Source: Candidatus Microgenomatus sp.
Lineage (GTDB): Bacteria > Patescibacteriota > Microgenomatia > UBA8517
Reading direction: 5' to 3'
NCBI GenBank assembly: GCA_020724555.1
Contig: DYGT01000001.1
Coordinates: 65,197-129,196 of the forward strand
DNA length: 64,000 bases
Each line of letters begins with the position of its first letter. Position 1 is the first letter of the stretch. The notes under the pieces were generated by a model. That model did no database searches. It was not told where the DNA came from and saw only the letters and a program-made list of their open reading frames with translations. Made by a program: the position numbers and the translations under genes. Positions 49,693 through 59,856 of the stretch are shown piece after piece.

Positions 49693-50373
49693 ATGGAATC
49701 TCAAGACCAGCATGCTGTAATAAACCACGCGGAGTCCGCAAAATCAAGTTTATTTTCAAGGTTTAAAAAAAGAAAAAAGTTGGTTATAGTTTTACTGCTA
49801 ATAATTCTCGCGTGGTTAGGGTTGTATGTAGTGACTTTGTTTGTGGATAATCCTGAAAGAGATGGTGAGCCAAATAATACTCCAATTTCCAGTTTCTCAC
49901 CTGCCCCACAAACTTCTGATTCGGTAGAGTCTGGTGCTGCATTAGTAGAAAAACCTAATACAAGAGCTGAGCTTGAAGCCAGGTATGGAAACCCGACAGA
50001 TACAGAAGCATACCTGGGGGAACAATTCTACTATTATGATTCTACTGTTCCCTCTGAAAAACATGAGGCAGTGTATGGTAAAAATGAGGAAGTTGTGTTT
50101 TTTAAAAGAGTAATTGATGTAAACTCAAACATATCTGTGCTAGATATTTATCAACTTTATGGCGATAAGCCTTTTATATTATACGGCCCAGGCTCTAATT
50201 CCGGAATTTATTTGCATGTTTATCCGGAGCAAGGTTTTGCTTTTTACGGCACATTCAGTGGTGATTACATTCTGGAAGTGTGGTATTTTCCGCCTGTTAA
50301 CACATTGGAAATGTTTATCGAAAAATGGGCACCCGATTTCTCTCTTGATAGGGAAAATGTCAAGATAGAATAA
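49693..50373 (+). CDS. Membrane-anchored hypothetical protein
   Basis: Basic patch plus TM, then a duplicated 'L...YG.P' small-domain pattern; TATACT 6 nt before ATG. Confidence 0.7.
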   Translation: MESQDQHAVINHAESAKSSLFSRFKKRKKLVIVLLLIILAWLGLYVVTLFVDNPERDGEPNNTPISSFSPAPQTSDSVESGAALVEKPNTRAELEARYGNPTDTEAYLGEQFYYYDSTVPSEKHEAVYGKNEEVVFFKRVIDVNSNISVLDIYQLYGDKPFILYGPGSNSGIYLHVYPEQGFAFYGTFSGDYILEVWYFPPVNTLEMFIEKWAPDFSLDRENVKIE

Positions 50374-50384
50374 TTATATTTTTA

Positions 50385-51884
50385 CTACCACCCCATCCGG
50401 CTTTCAAATATATATTGAGCGGCAAAGTTAACATGGTTAGGATATGTGACATTGAAAGAGGGTGATATGCAGCTTAGGTTTCTGGTTGCACTCGGTTCGG
50501 TGTAGCCAATTACAGGATTTGTATAAATAAAAAGCGCTATCATTTCTGCAAAATCTTCAACAAGCATTCCTCTTCGATGCGGTAATGGATATGTACAAAC
50601 AGGTCTTTCTGAGGAGACTCCAACATCTCCGCGGTAAAGCTCGTTTTGTACTGATGGATACCTGTGTGCAAAAATATGTCCACTTTCATGGGCTAAGGTA
50701 TAAATCGCTGAGCCTACAGTTGAACTTCCTAATTCATAAATCAAGATTGTGTTTGAAGATATAACCTCGCCTCCATATGTTTCGGTGCCAGAGTAGGTTA
50801 AATAAACAGGACCTTTACTGCATATTTTATCCATATAGGCTCCTGTCTGTGCCATAAACTCTGTTGCTCGAATCATGTTAGCTTTATATGTTTCTGGCCA
50901 AGATCCATTAAGGACGAAACAAGTTTGTGTTAGAAATATCCCACCCCCCAAATCTTTATAGACGCTACTTCCGGGTGGTACCACATAGCTACTGTTGGTG
51001 ATAACCAGAATTGTAAATCCAATAAATAATGGTATTGCTATCAAAGAAATTACAATTGGCCAGATAACCACAGACATAAAAGCTCCCATGATTGCTAAAA
51101 AAAGAAGAACACTTCTTTGGCCTGCTTTTTTAAAGCCTTCACTTCCGCCTTGGATGTAGGATAGTCCTCCGGTGACAAGTGCCAGCCCAAATGCAGGAGG
51201 AAAAAAAATTCCCAAAGCTGCCGCACCCAGTGAAACCGCGGCTAAATTACTTCCATCACCATCTCCGGTCAATTTTATTAGTCCTGATCGTAAAAGATCC
51301 TTGGCTTTGTTAAGAATAAAAATATCGGCTTCAACCAACAAATACACACCGGCGGAGGCGGCGGCTCCCAGGGATGCAAGGCCAAGCCGGGCCGCGATCC
51401 TGGTGCTTAATCCTTGGACAGCCTTCTTTTTTACAACACTTTCCACGTCTGGAATTTGAGGGATTTTATTTAAAAGCTCGCCGATTTTTCCTTTAATTTC
51501 AGGAGACAAGGTTTTGCTTGCAAGTTCGGTGGCACGCCTACTTACTTCCTGGGAAACAATTTGCGTTGGAATGGGGGGAGCCCCGGTTTGGCTTAAAACT
51601 TCATTGTGGTGAAGTATTTGTTCCCAAGCGGCTTGTTTTTTATCAGCTGGAGTATTTTCGTTTAGATCTACGGCCTGGGCGGCGATCTCCACTTTTTGTA
51701 CTTCTGCTTCTTCCTCAGGAGGCAAGGTTATTTCTTGACTATCAGGGTTAAGATTTCCATTTAACCAAACGATAAGTTCGGATAATTCTTGTTGAGTGTA
51801 AAAACGGTTTGGGTTCTCCGGGTCTTTTCCTGAGGTTAGGATTTGTTGGATCGCCTGGTAGGTGTATTTGTTTTTATCATCCAT
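50385..51884 (-). CDS. Membrane protein with C-terminal zincin metallopeptidase domain
   Basis: Gly/Ala-rich hydrophobic helices, TM, LAHESGH ... EDFAE. Confidence 0.7.
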   Translation of the reverse strand: MDDKNKYTYQAIQQILTSGKDPENPNRFYTQQELSELIVWLNGNLNPDSQEITLPPEEEAEVQKVEIAAQAVDLNENTPADKKQAAWEQILHHNEVLSQTGAPPIPTQIVSQEVSRRATELASKTLSPEIKGKIGELLNKIPQIPDVESVVKKKAVQGLSTRIAARLGLASLGAAASAGVYLLVEADIFILNKAKDLLRSGLIKLTGDGDGSNLAAVSLGAAALGIFFPPAFGLALVTGGLSYIQGGSEGFKKAGQRSVLLFLAIMGAFMSVVIWPIVISLIAIPLFIGFTILVITNSSYVVPPGSSVYKDLGGGIFLTQTCFVLNGSWPETYKANMIRATEFMAQTGAYMDKICSKGPVYLTYSGTETYGGEVISSNTILIYELGSSTVGSAIYTLAHESGHIFAHRYPSVQNELYRGDVGVSSERPVCTYPLPHRRGMLVEDFAEMIALFIYTNPVIGYTEPSATRNLSCISPSFNVTYPNHVNFAAQYIFESRMGW

Positions 51885-53751
51885 TTAAATCATTGTAGTC
51901 TACTATGGTTTTGGTTTCGAGCGGAGTTGCCGTTTGCTGTCCGCTTGGAGCTTTCGAATCTAAGATCTGAGTATCCCGTGGGTTTGTAGTGATAAGTTGA
52001 TATTCTTCGCTTGAGGCCACTATTTTTATGGGAGCATGGTGAGGCCCGGCAAATAAAATTCCCTCTCCCACGTTGGCCGCCAACAGTAGTTGTTTTTCGC
52101 CCTGAGATAAATAAAAGGTTTCCGCGATTTTGTCGATGGCTGCGGGGGATTGTTTTAAAAGAAGCCGCATGGCTGAGTTAGTTACGACCGCTTTTCCAAT
52201 GTCTTGTGACAAGAAATCCTCCACATCCTGAGTGATTGTAGTAAGCCCTAAATAGTATTTGCGGGCGCGTTTGACTATGGACCATAAAAACTGGGCAGTG
52301 TCTTGGTAGCGCATCATGTGCCAGGCTTCGTCGACAACCAGAAGGCGCCTTTTGACATCGCGGCGGATTTTGGTCCAAATAAAGTCTAGTATGACAAACA
52401 TAGCAATCGGCCGGAGAGCGTCTTCGATGTCGCGCACGGAAAAAACGGTGAAAGGATTTTTAATGTCGATGTTTGTTTGCTGGTCAAAAATGCCGCGGTA
52501 GCTGCCTTTAACATATTTTTCAATCCTTGCCGCAAGATCCAGAGCGTCTGTTGTTTCCATGCCGATTAAAGCTTTATAAAGATCCTCTATTAACGGCGGT
52601 TCGCGGTCCTGGGTGTCGGGATCCGGTGTAATTCCTTTGGCGCGGTAGGCGTTAATTAAAGCTTTATCCAACAAGGCTTCCTGAGATGCCGTCATTTGAC
52701 CCATGATTATTTTAAATAAAGAGTGAAGCGAAAGAATTTTTAAGCCCAGCTGGTTTTCCCCTTCTTCACGGATTTGGCTTAAGTCAAACGGATTGATTTT
52801 GCTGGGACTTGAGAAAGAAAAAGCAATATATTCACCGCCCACAGCATCGCATAGATTTTTATATTCGTTTTCCGGGTCAATCACAATCATTTCTGTGCCA
52901 AACATCAGGCTTCTTAAAGACTCAAGTTTTACAAAAAAGCTTTTTCCTGCTCCTGAGGTAGCAAAAACGGTCATGTTGCTGTTTTCCAGCGAGAATCGGT
53001 CAAAAATAATAAACGAGTCGTTTTGTGAATTAATGCCATATAAAATCCCATCATCACTTGACAGCTCGGCTGTGGTAAAGGGAAAAGTGGTTGCCAGGGA
53101 AGTAGTGTCCATATTTCTGGTAATAGTAAGTTGGTCACGCCCAAAAGGGGCAGTCGATAAAAAGCCGCGTTCGTGATCCAAGGCCGCGTGTTTGGCGACG
53201 ATGAGGATTGAGCCCAAAGTGGACTCAACCCGCTTTGTAATACTGTTTAGTGCCTCCACAGATGTGGCCGGGATAGTGATATAGAAGGCGAATTCAAAAA
53301 AACGTTCCGCGCCTTTAACAAGTTGCTCTTGAAGTATTTTAGCGTCGTCTAATTTTGCCTGAGTAGAAGGATTTACGATTTTTCCTCTTTGGATGTCTGT
53401 CGAAATTTCGGCTTCCATTTCAGTAATTTTGCGCCTCAGATCATCTAAAATTGTCCTACCTTCCACCGGATATATATAAAATGATAAATCCAAGCTATGG
53501 TTAAAGTTAATAATAGGCTCCATCCACCCGGGAACGACAAAGCGTGGGTATCCTGCCACAAAAAGAGTGCGAAAATAAACATCACCAATTTTTATGTAAT
53601 CAAAGTCTATTTCGCTTTCATTGGGGGCGATAATGTCATCCGGCGGCACACCTTCTTTAAAGGCTTTTATTGGATCCAGCTTTGGTTTTTGAGCTTGTGG
53701 TATGTGAATTCCGTTGGGTTTTTTCGTTTTTTTAATTTGCGGTAGCTTCAT
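51877..53751 (-). CDS. VirB4-like T4SS ATPase (monoderm conjugation type)
   Basis: FPFT, LYG.N, N.N..VFATSGAGKS, VIDPENEY, VVDEAW, KRARKY, TQD. Confidence 0.9.
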   Translation of the reverse strand: MKLPQIKKTKKPNGIHIPQAQKPKLDPIKAFKEGVPPDDIIAPNESEIDFDYIKIGDVYFRTLFVAGYPRFVVPGWMEPIINFNHSLDLSFYIYPVEGRTILDDLRRKITEMEAEISTDIQRGKIVNPSTQAKLDDAKILQEQLVKGAERFFEFAFYITIPATSVEALNSITKRVESTLGSILIVAKHAALDHERGFLSTAPFGRDQLTITRNMDTTSLATTFPFTTAELSSDDGILYGINSQNDSFIIFDRFSLENSNMTVFATSGAGKSFFVKLESLRSLMFGTEMIVIDPENEYKNLCDAVGGEYIAFSFSSPSKINPFDLSQIREEGENQLGLKILSLHSLFKIIMGQMTASQEALLDKALINAYRAKGITPDPDTQDREPPLIEDLYKALIGMETTDALDLAARIEKYVKGSYRGIFDQQTNIDIKNPFTVFSVRDIEDALRPIAMFVILDFIWTKIRRDVKRRLLVVDEAWHMMRYQDTAQFLWSIVKRARKYYLGLTTITQDVEDFLSQDIGKAVVTNSAMRLLLKQSPAAIDKIAETFYLSQGEKQLLLAANVGEGILFAGPHHAPIKIVASSEEYQLITTNPRDTQILDSKAPSGQQTATPLETKTIVDYNDLNG

Positions 53752-54454
53752 TTTGAATCTCCTTTGTCTCCCCGGACTCTGTTTCTTGGATTTTATCAAC
53801 TTTAATGCTTTCGGTGTCGGGGTTATAAGTATCAAAAAATAATTTAATTATTTCCTCGTTAGTTAGCTGATGCAGTTTAAGTCCGAGCCTTCCGGTCTGG
53901 CGGATTAAATGGTCTCTTTTGGGGTAAAGGGCGGTTTCGACTTTTTTTATTATATAGTCTTTACTGTAGGGAAGGGGCTTGTCATCGGCTTTTAGTCTGC
54001 CAAAAATGTTTTTACTTAAACCAAGCTCAAGCGGTGAAAAGGGGATAATGATAAAAAAACGCTTTCCCAAAACATTTTTCTTTTTTATGGTGTCTGCAAT
54101 AAAAGCTCTATAACCCTGCATAAGCTTTTTTAGTTTAGGATTTTCTATTTTGTTATATTTTTCCTCAAGTTTTGAGAGGTACTGAGACACATCCTTTTTT
54201 TGTGTGCGCACAAGAATCTGCACAGAAAAAGACAGGGAATTTATAAGGGCTGCGTAGGCTGCGACCACAGCCTCTTGCTCTCTTTCAGATAAAAGACCAA
54301 AGTTAAGGGACGTACTTTCCAGGATTAAAGCTGCTCCTCCGTCTTTGTATAAAACCAAATCTTTTGTAATTTCTGCCACGGGGACTCGTTTTTGTGCTAA
54401 ATCATAAAGCGGACTGTCCGGTAAATTGAAAACTGGTATTTTGGGTATTTTCAT
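53732..54454 (-). CDS. VirB4 N-terminal-like partner protein
   Basis: NFGLLSE.EQ.A....Y...INSL.F.VQI; directly upstream of the VirB4 ATPase. Confidence 0.7.
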   Translation of the reverse strand: MKIPKIPVFNLPDSPLYDLAQKRVPVAEITKDLVLYKDGGAALILESTSLNFGLLSEREQEAVVAAYAALINSLSFSVQILVRTQKKDVSQYLSKLEEKYNKIENPKLKKLMQGYRAFIADTIKKKNVLGKRFFIIIPFSPLELGLSKNIFGRLKADDKPLPYSKDYIIKKVETALYPKRDHLIRQTGRLGLKLHQLTNEEIIKLFFDTYNPDTESIKVDKIQETESGETKEIQNEATAN

Positions 54455-55467
54455 TTGTTTTTTGCTTTTGCCTGGATGGCGATAGGTGGAATTATTTCCC
54501 CTTTTGCCTCAACGCTGATAGGGTCAAAAAGATAACCTTCCTTTTCAACTTCGATTTTATAAGTACCTTTGTTCAAGGGCGTAACAATCAAAAAATGCCC
54601 GGCCTTGTTGGTTTTTAAGGCTCGAACCGGTCTGCCCATAGGGTCTTTGATTTCCAAAATAGCTCCTTCTATTATATTTTTTTCGCTGTCCACTACCTGG
54701 CCTACAATAACATTGGGTTGAGTTGGAGGCATGGGTGGCGCTGCAGCCGGTGAAAATTGAGCGGCAAAAGCTTGGGCAGAGTCTGTTTGTTGAGGAAGGG
54801 TTTCTGATAATGCTTCCGGCTGTAAATTTAAATTTTGCTCTGGAATAATTTTAAAGCCTTTGTTTTCATTATTAACTCTAATCACTGTTTGCTGGGGCGT
54901 TTCGATTTTTTGAGATGGTGTCGTGGCTTGAGGTTGTAAATTAAAAATTTCACCCTCTTTTTGTTTGCCGGTGGAAGCATTGGATAAATTAAACAAGTGA
55001 CTAAATGAATTGAGAAACTGCTTTTCCGCGTCCTCTAGGTTTTGTAAAAAGCTTGGTTTGGGTTCTTCTTGGGTGGGTTTTGTGGTTTTTGAATTATTGT
55101 CGCTTGCAAACCGGGAAGCCGCATTTTCTTCTTCTTGTGGAAAATACTGAACGGGAGTTTTTCTTTTTTGCCAAACAAAGCGGGTAGGTGAATAGGCTGC
55201 CCTGAAAAAAGCAATAACCCATTGTTCTAGCGGGCGCTCCTGTAGCGGTAAAAATGCCAATGCTGCCCCGGCCAGAGTAAAAAAGACGATAAACGGCCAT
55301 TTTAAAAAGCCGGGAAGGGGTGAGGCGTAAAACAAAAGGGCGATTAACGCCCCTCCGGCAAGCTGAAAAAACTGCTTGATGGTCATATCCCCTATAAGCC
55401 TAAACTGGTAGGAGCTTATGTTTTGCGGCACTGCGTGCTGTTCAAAGATGTGGTCTTGGGTAGCCAT
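54451..55467 (-). CDS. PrgI-family (VirB3-like) protein with C-terminal carboxypeptidase-regulatory-like domain
   Basis: H.VPQ.I..YQFRLIG.MT.KQF, two TMs, AF.P..ERP; C-terminal G.V.D....I.GA...TN..G.F...L..G.Y.I..EK.GY. Confidence 0.85.
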   Translation of the reverse strand: MATQDHIFEQHAVPQNISSYQFRLIGDMTIKQFFQLAGGALIALLFYASPLPGFLKWPFIVFFTLAGAALAFLPLQERPLEQWVIAFFRAAYSPTRFVWQKRKTPVQYFPQEEENAASRFASDNNSKTTKPTQEEPKPSFLQNLEDAEKQFLNSFSHLFNLSNASTGKQKEGEIFNLQPQATTPSQKIETPQQTVIRVNNENKGFKIIPEQNLNLQPEALSETLPQQTDSAQAFAAQFSPAAAPPMPPTQPNVIVGQVVDSEKNIIEGAILEIKDPMGRPVRALKTNKAGHFLIVTPLNKGTYKIEVEKEGYLFDPISVEAKGEIIPPIAIQAKAKNK

Positions 55468-55581
55468 GGTTGTAAATAAAATCATACATTCTACCGGGTT
55501 TATGTGCTGGCAGTAAAGTATGTAATTAAAGCATACAATATGAAGCTTTTTGTGCAAGTGAGGCTGTTTTTCACGGTAATT

Positions 55582-55611
55582 TTGCGACGTCGCCAGCTAA
55601 AATGTTATAAT
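55582..55611 (+). promoter_or_regulatory. Promoter for the 838-aa orphan gene
   Basis: TTGCGA-N18-TATAAT with extended TG. Confidence 0.55.
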
Positions 55612-55631
55612 ACGTTTCAAGAAATCTGCCT

Positions 55632-58148
55632 ATGCCCGAAGAAAATCAAGATACAAATACCACACCCATGAACCCGGAAATAAACACTGGCCGCACGGAA
55701 AGCAGGCAACCTGCTTATATGACATTGGAACACGACCTTGAGAAACGCATAGACAGGCTTGGTTCTGAGATGAGAGCGGTTGCCCAAAATTTAATTGAAT
55801 CACGAGATAGAAATAATGGGGAAATCAAATCTGTAGTATGGGCAGACGCTATGCTTGAGGTTTACTATTTAAACAATGAAGATGTAGATGACAATATTTT
55901 TGCCAGGGATGTAATTTTAAAATATTGTGCGGACAGGAGATGGCGTTTAGGGCAGGATCAGCATCTAAGTGATGTGGAAAAAGCAGAAGAATTCAAAATT
56001 ATTGAAAAATATGAAGCAAAGGCTGAAGAGTTTAACGAAAAAGTTACACCATCACCTGATGCTCTCAGACCGCCTGATCAAAGGATGCCTACACTACAAC
56101 CCGATACACTGGTTCAATCGCCGGCAAAGGTCGATGTGGGTGATCAAAATAGACCAGCGGATGCGGAGGAAAACCAGCAAGCCATCGGAAACTGGTTGTT
56201 TTTAGGAACCGGCTTGGATTTTGAAAGTTTACCTTCTGAAATACAAAAAGAACTCGGTAAATATGTGAAAATTGTTTCAGGTACCCCCTCTGAGCGGGCA
56301 ATAATAGATAGATTATTTGATTATGTATGGGATTTGTCTTCTGATCAGAGGTTAAGCGAAGAACAAAGAAATGAAATGATAGGTGTGCTTAACAATGTCG
56401 CTCAGGTTCAAGAGAGTATATTGCAAAAAAGAACTGATAGTAATTCTGTATCTGTATTAGAAAGAATAGCGCAGAGCTCGGAAGAGGCTGCTAAAACACA
56501 AAGAGAGGCGTTGGATTTGGCTAGCACAACCTATCGACAATTTGTTGAAAATCAAGCTAATCATGTGATCATGTTTCCGCCGAAATGGATAGAAAATCCT
56601 CCTCATTGGTATATTGAGTTGAGTGAAGAGGAAAGGTCAATGGTTCGCGCGGAAATACACATAAATTTTATTGCTAGTCGAAAGGATGCAGAAGGCAGTT
56701 TAGATGCGTATTTGAAACCTGGATTTATTGAAGGAGAACAGGATATTAAAGTACAAATTGAATCAAAAGGTTTGGGATATGCATGGATGAATAAAGCTGG
56801 CTATAGAATTGCATTGGTTACATTAATGAATGAAATATTTGAACTTTCAGAGCCAGATACGTCCGTACCAGATAGAGTCGTAGCAATAGAAATTGACGAT
56901 GACGGTAGGGAGAATTATAAAGTATATGTTAACAACCAACATAGACATAGCCATCTGAGATTAAAAGAAAAGTATGCAGGATCCAATTTGATATCTGGAC
57001 AGACAGAATTGATGAATAAATTAATTGATTCCTTGACAGATTATTTTGATAACAACCCATATTTGCTTTCACAATATAAACTTACCAATTCGTCAAGATT
57101 AGCTGCTGAAGCAGCGACAATTTTCGCTTGGAATACTATATTTATGTCGGCAGCTGTGGACTCAGGCGATAGAGGAGGTAGGCAAAGAACCCTTGCAGGC
57201 CCACACATATCAACCGATTCTGTAAGGTCAATGTTTATGCCTTTAGATAAAGCAATGTTTAAATTAGACAAGGAAAGCCCTCAGGATGTTGAGGAGAAGT
57301 GGGGCGGACCATTAGGGGATTGGTTTGCTGATCGTTCAATAGCACATGGACGAGCTTTTAAAGCTAAAGTGGAGGAAGGAAATTTTCACTTTTTTCCTGA
57401 AAGAATGTTTTATAGTTGGATGGACTACTTGGTTTTAGAAGACAAAACCACTATTAGCGATCGTGAACAACATATCGTTCACACTTCGTGGGGGCAAGCT
57501 ATATTGCGCACAAGCAATGTGGATTTAGGTAATGGGTTAATTGATGTCGCAGATCCAGAGTTGCTACGTCCAGATCAAGAATCAACTGTCTATACTGTTC
57601 AAGGAAGACAGTGGAAAAGAAGCTTCCGCGATGGTGGATCGAATGGAGATTTGTGGTGGCGTTATTCAGCACGAGCTGGTGCAGTTAGAAAAATATATGA
57701 ACTTCTTACCGAGGACGAACCTAAAAGCGATGCGGGTGATTTTGCTACTGCATTTAGCGCTATTGTATCTACAGAACCCTGGTTACGACATATTTATTAT
57801 GATTTAGATTTTTTGACAGCAGCGGTGTCAAAGCTAGCACTAGAAAGAGGAAAAGTGTTTGATAAAAACGCACATGGATACTTGCTGGGGACAGATGAAC
57901 TTGTATTGAATTTAAATGATGCTGTTTATGATAATGCGGTTACGGAAGTGTTAACCTTACTTTTACCTAGGTTGTATAAAGAACCAAGAGAAAGAAGGGT
58001 AGCTAAAAAGTATATCTTGGGTAAACTTCACGCACAAGATGTCCATACTTGGAGCGGGACTATAAGAAATACTTTAGGTGGGATAGCAGCCGGTAGACAG
58101 GAAATTCGAAGGAGAGCCTCACAAGAAATTACTAGACGCTCTACCTGA
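55632..58148 (+). CDS. Large soluble hypothetical protein (838 aa)
   Basis: Long uninterrupted ORF, charged and helical; no TM or recognisable motif. Confidence 0.75.
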   Translation: MPEENQDTNTTPMNPEINTGRTESRQPAYMTLEHDLEKRIDRLGSEMRAVAQNLIESRDRNNGEIKSVVWADAMLEVYYLNNEDVDDNIFARDVILKYCADRRWRLGQDQHLSDVEKAEEFKIIEKYEAKAEEFNEKVTPSPDALRPPDQRMPTLQPDTLVQSPAKVDVGDQNRPADAEENQQAIGNWLFLGTGLDFESLPSEIQKELGKYVKIVSGTPSERAIIDRLFDYVWDLSSDQRLSEEQRNEMIGVLNNVAQVQESILQKRTDSNSVSVLERIAQSSEEAAKTQREALDLASTTYRQFVENQANHVIMFPPKWIENPPHWYIELSEEERSMVRAEIHINFIASRKDAEGSLDAYLKPGFIEGEQDIKVQIESKGLGYAWMNKAGYRIALVTLMNEIFELSEPDTSVPDRVVAIEIDDDGRENYKVYVNNQHRHSHLRLKEKYAGSNLISGQTELMNKLIDSLTDYFDNNPYLLSQYKLTNSSRLAAEAATIFAWNTIFMSAAVDSGDRGGRQRTLAGPHISTDSVRSMFMPLDKAMFKLDKESPQDVEEKWGGPLGDWFADRSIAHGRAFKAKVEEGNFHFFPERMFYSWMDYLVLEDKTTISDREQHIVHTSWGQAILRTSNVDLGNGLIDVADPELLRPDQESTVYTVQGRQWKRSFRDGGSNGDLWWRYSARAGAVRKIYELLTEDEPKSDAGDFATAFSAIVSTEPWLRHIYYDLDFLTAAVSKLALERGKVFDKNAHGYLLGTDELVLNLNDAVYDNAVTEVLTLLLPRLYKEPRERRVAKKYILGKLHAQDVHTWSGTIRNTLGGIAAGRQEIRRRASQEITRRST

Positions 58149-59787
58149 CAATCTTCAATCTTCTGAGACCTTCTAGTATTTCATGCTGTGTTAGTTGAGG
58201 TCCTGTATGACTTGCAGGATTGAACGTTCTCTCTTCATGGCTAGCGTAAAATTGTAGTCCACCGGTTCCGGCCATTTTTGCGGGAGCCATAGCCTCACCA
58301 AACGCACTTCCATAAGAAATTGGTCTACCTGTGATAAATCCTTTTATCATGTCGGCTGCTTTTGGCACCATAAATAAGAAGATTACGCTTACACCAAGCA
58401 AAATGATTGATCCAAAATCTCCACCCAATAAACCAACCAGAGGAGGCCAACCATCTCCAAAGCCCATTCCTGGATCGCCTATGTCTCCAAATAATGGAAC
58501 TATATCTGCGGCTGACTCAAGCAGTTCATATGCAGCGGTTGCTTTTACTGCTTCAGAAAAGGCATGGGCAAGGAATAGGTATGAAAAGGCGAACAATAGC
58601 CCTACTACTGGAAAAACTGCTAGTTGTGCTGTTAAATTTTTTACCCACGAACCAAAACCCAACCCAGGAATGATTATGCCGGCAACAATATAAAGCGGTG
58701 AAAACATAACAAGCAGAAGAACCATTGCGGTTGTTTTTATAAGCATCCAGGTGATTTTGAAAAACATCACAATTAACACGATCCACAAAATTATAAAAGT
58801 TATAAGCATAATAATTAGAGCAAGTGGTAGCAGGAACAATCCGCCTGCGAACACAATGTTTCCTAGCACCCCAGAAGGAAGCGATATTAAGGCTATCATT
58901 AAAGTAAAAGGTATCGCATAAAGATTAAAAAATAAAAACCCATAAACTCCAGTACCAGCAAAACCTTCTGTTAGAAGCTCAAACGTTGATTCAGAAAAAA
59001 AGTTTGTCAGGTCGTTTGGAAGAATCGGGTCAAGAAAAATAGATATTATTCCTATGACCACGTACATCATGTCCACCATAAAACCCGCTATGGCGTAAGA
59101 AAAGGTAACAAGTATTAGGGCAATTGCTAGTTTTGGTAATGCAGATTGAACTGTCATAACAGTTTGGGGCGAAGTTTTAACGCGAAACATAATCATAAAA
59201 GATAGGACAATTGCAATTACGACAAATAGCGCGTACGACATGTCACGAATTTCTTTCCAAACCGTGAGAGTAACACCTTCAAATCTGGTGTACCCAAAAC
59301 CAGTTTGAGCTTCAACTGTGGGTATTAAGTTAAAATTTTGTATTTTATGTTTAACATACGAAATACCAGAAAATGTCCTTTCTTGGAAAATTTTACTTGC
59401 TAAAGATTGATTTTTGTCCTTTGTGGAAGCATCGCTGATTTTAGGGGTTGAGGCGACTTTTCTGAGTATGTTTATAGTGTCGTTAAATCCGTTTACGCAG
59501 GTGTTTATGTCAACAGTGTGCTCAATAGCTAAATTTAAAAAACAACTAACATTATTTGGCTGAAGAATTTTGGTGGCTGGCCAAGTGAGAACTGACATTA
59601 TAATCCAATCTACTTGCGCTGCTGTATAGCGTTCACCAAAAATTTCCGAAGGGTTGCTGTCATCATAGACCTGGGTATACCACTCTGCTGGATTTTGGTT
59701 ATACCATTGGGCATTGGCGGCAGATGGGGCAATGGAAAAGAAAATTATAAATACAGCAAAAAAAGAAATGAGCAGGCGTTTTAACAT
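58141..59787 (-). CDS. VirB6/TrbL-like polytopic membrane protein
   Basis: Signal peptide; W...RD.SY..F..I....FMIMFR......T.Q.ALP.....LILVTFSYAIAGF.VD; several TMs. Confidence 0.75.
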   Translation of the reverse strand: MLKRLLISFFAVFIIFFSIAPSAANAQWYNQNPAEWYTQVYDDSNPSEIFGERYTAAQVDWIIMSVLTWPATKILQPNNVSCFLNLAIEHTVDINTCVNGFNDTINILRKVASTPKISDASTKDKNQSLASKIFQERTFSGISYVKHKIQNFNLIPTVEAQTGFGYTRFEGVTLTVWKEIRDMSYALFVVIAIVLSFMIMFRVKTSPQTVMTVQSALPKLAIALILVTFSYAIAGFMVDMMYVVIGIISIFLDPILPNDLTNFFSESTFELLTEGFAGTGVYGFLFFNLYAIPFTLMIALISLPSGVLGNIVFAGGLFLLPLALIIMLITFIILWIVLIVMFFKITWMLIKTTAMVLLLVMFSPLYIVAGIIIPGLGFGSWVKNLTAQLAVFPVVGLLFAFSYLFLAHAFSEAVKATAAYELLESAADIVPLFGDIGDPGMGFGDGWPPLVGLLGGDFGSIILLGVSVIFLFMVPKAADMIKGFITGRPISYGSAFGEAMAPAKMAGTGGLQFYASHEERTFNPASHTGPQLTQHEILEGLRRLKIVR

Positions 59788-59856
59788 GTTAATATTTGTT
59801 TTTGGTGTCACCTTATATGATAGCATCTGGGATTTAAATTTAAAAATAGGTAAATT

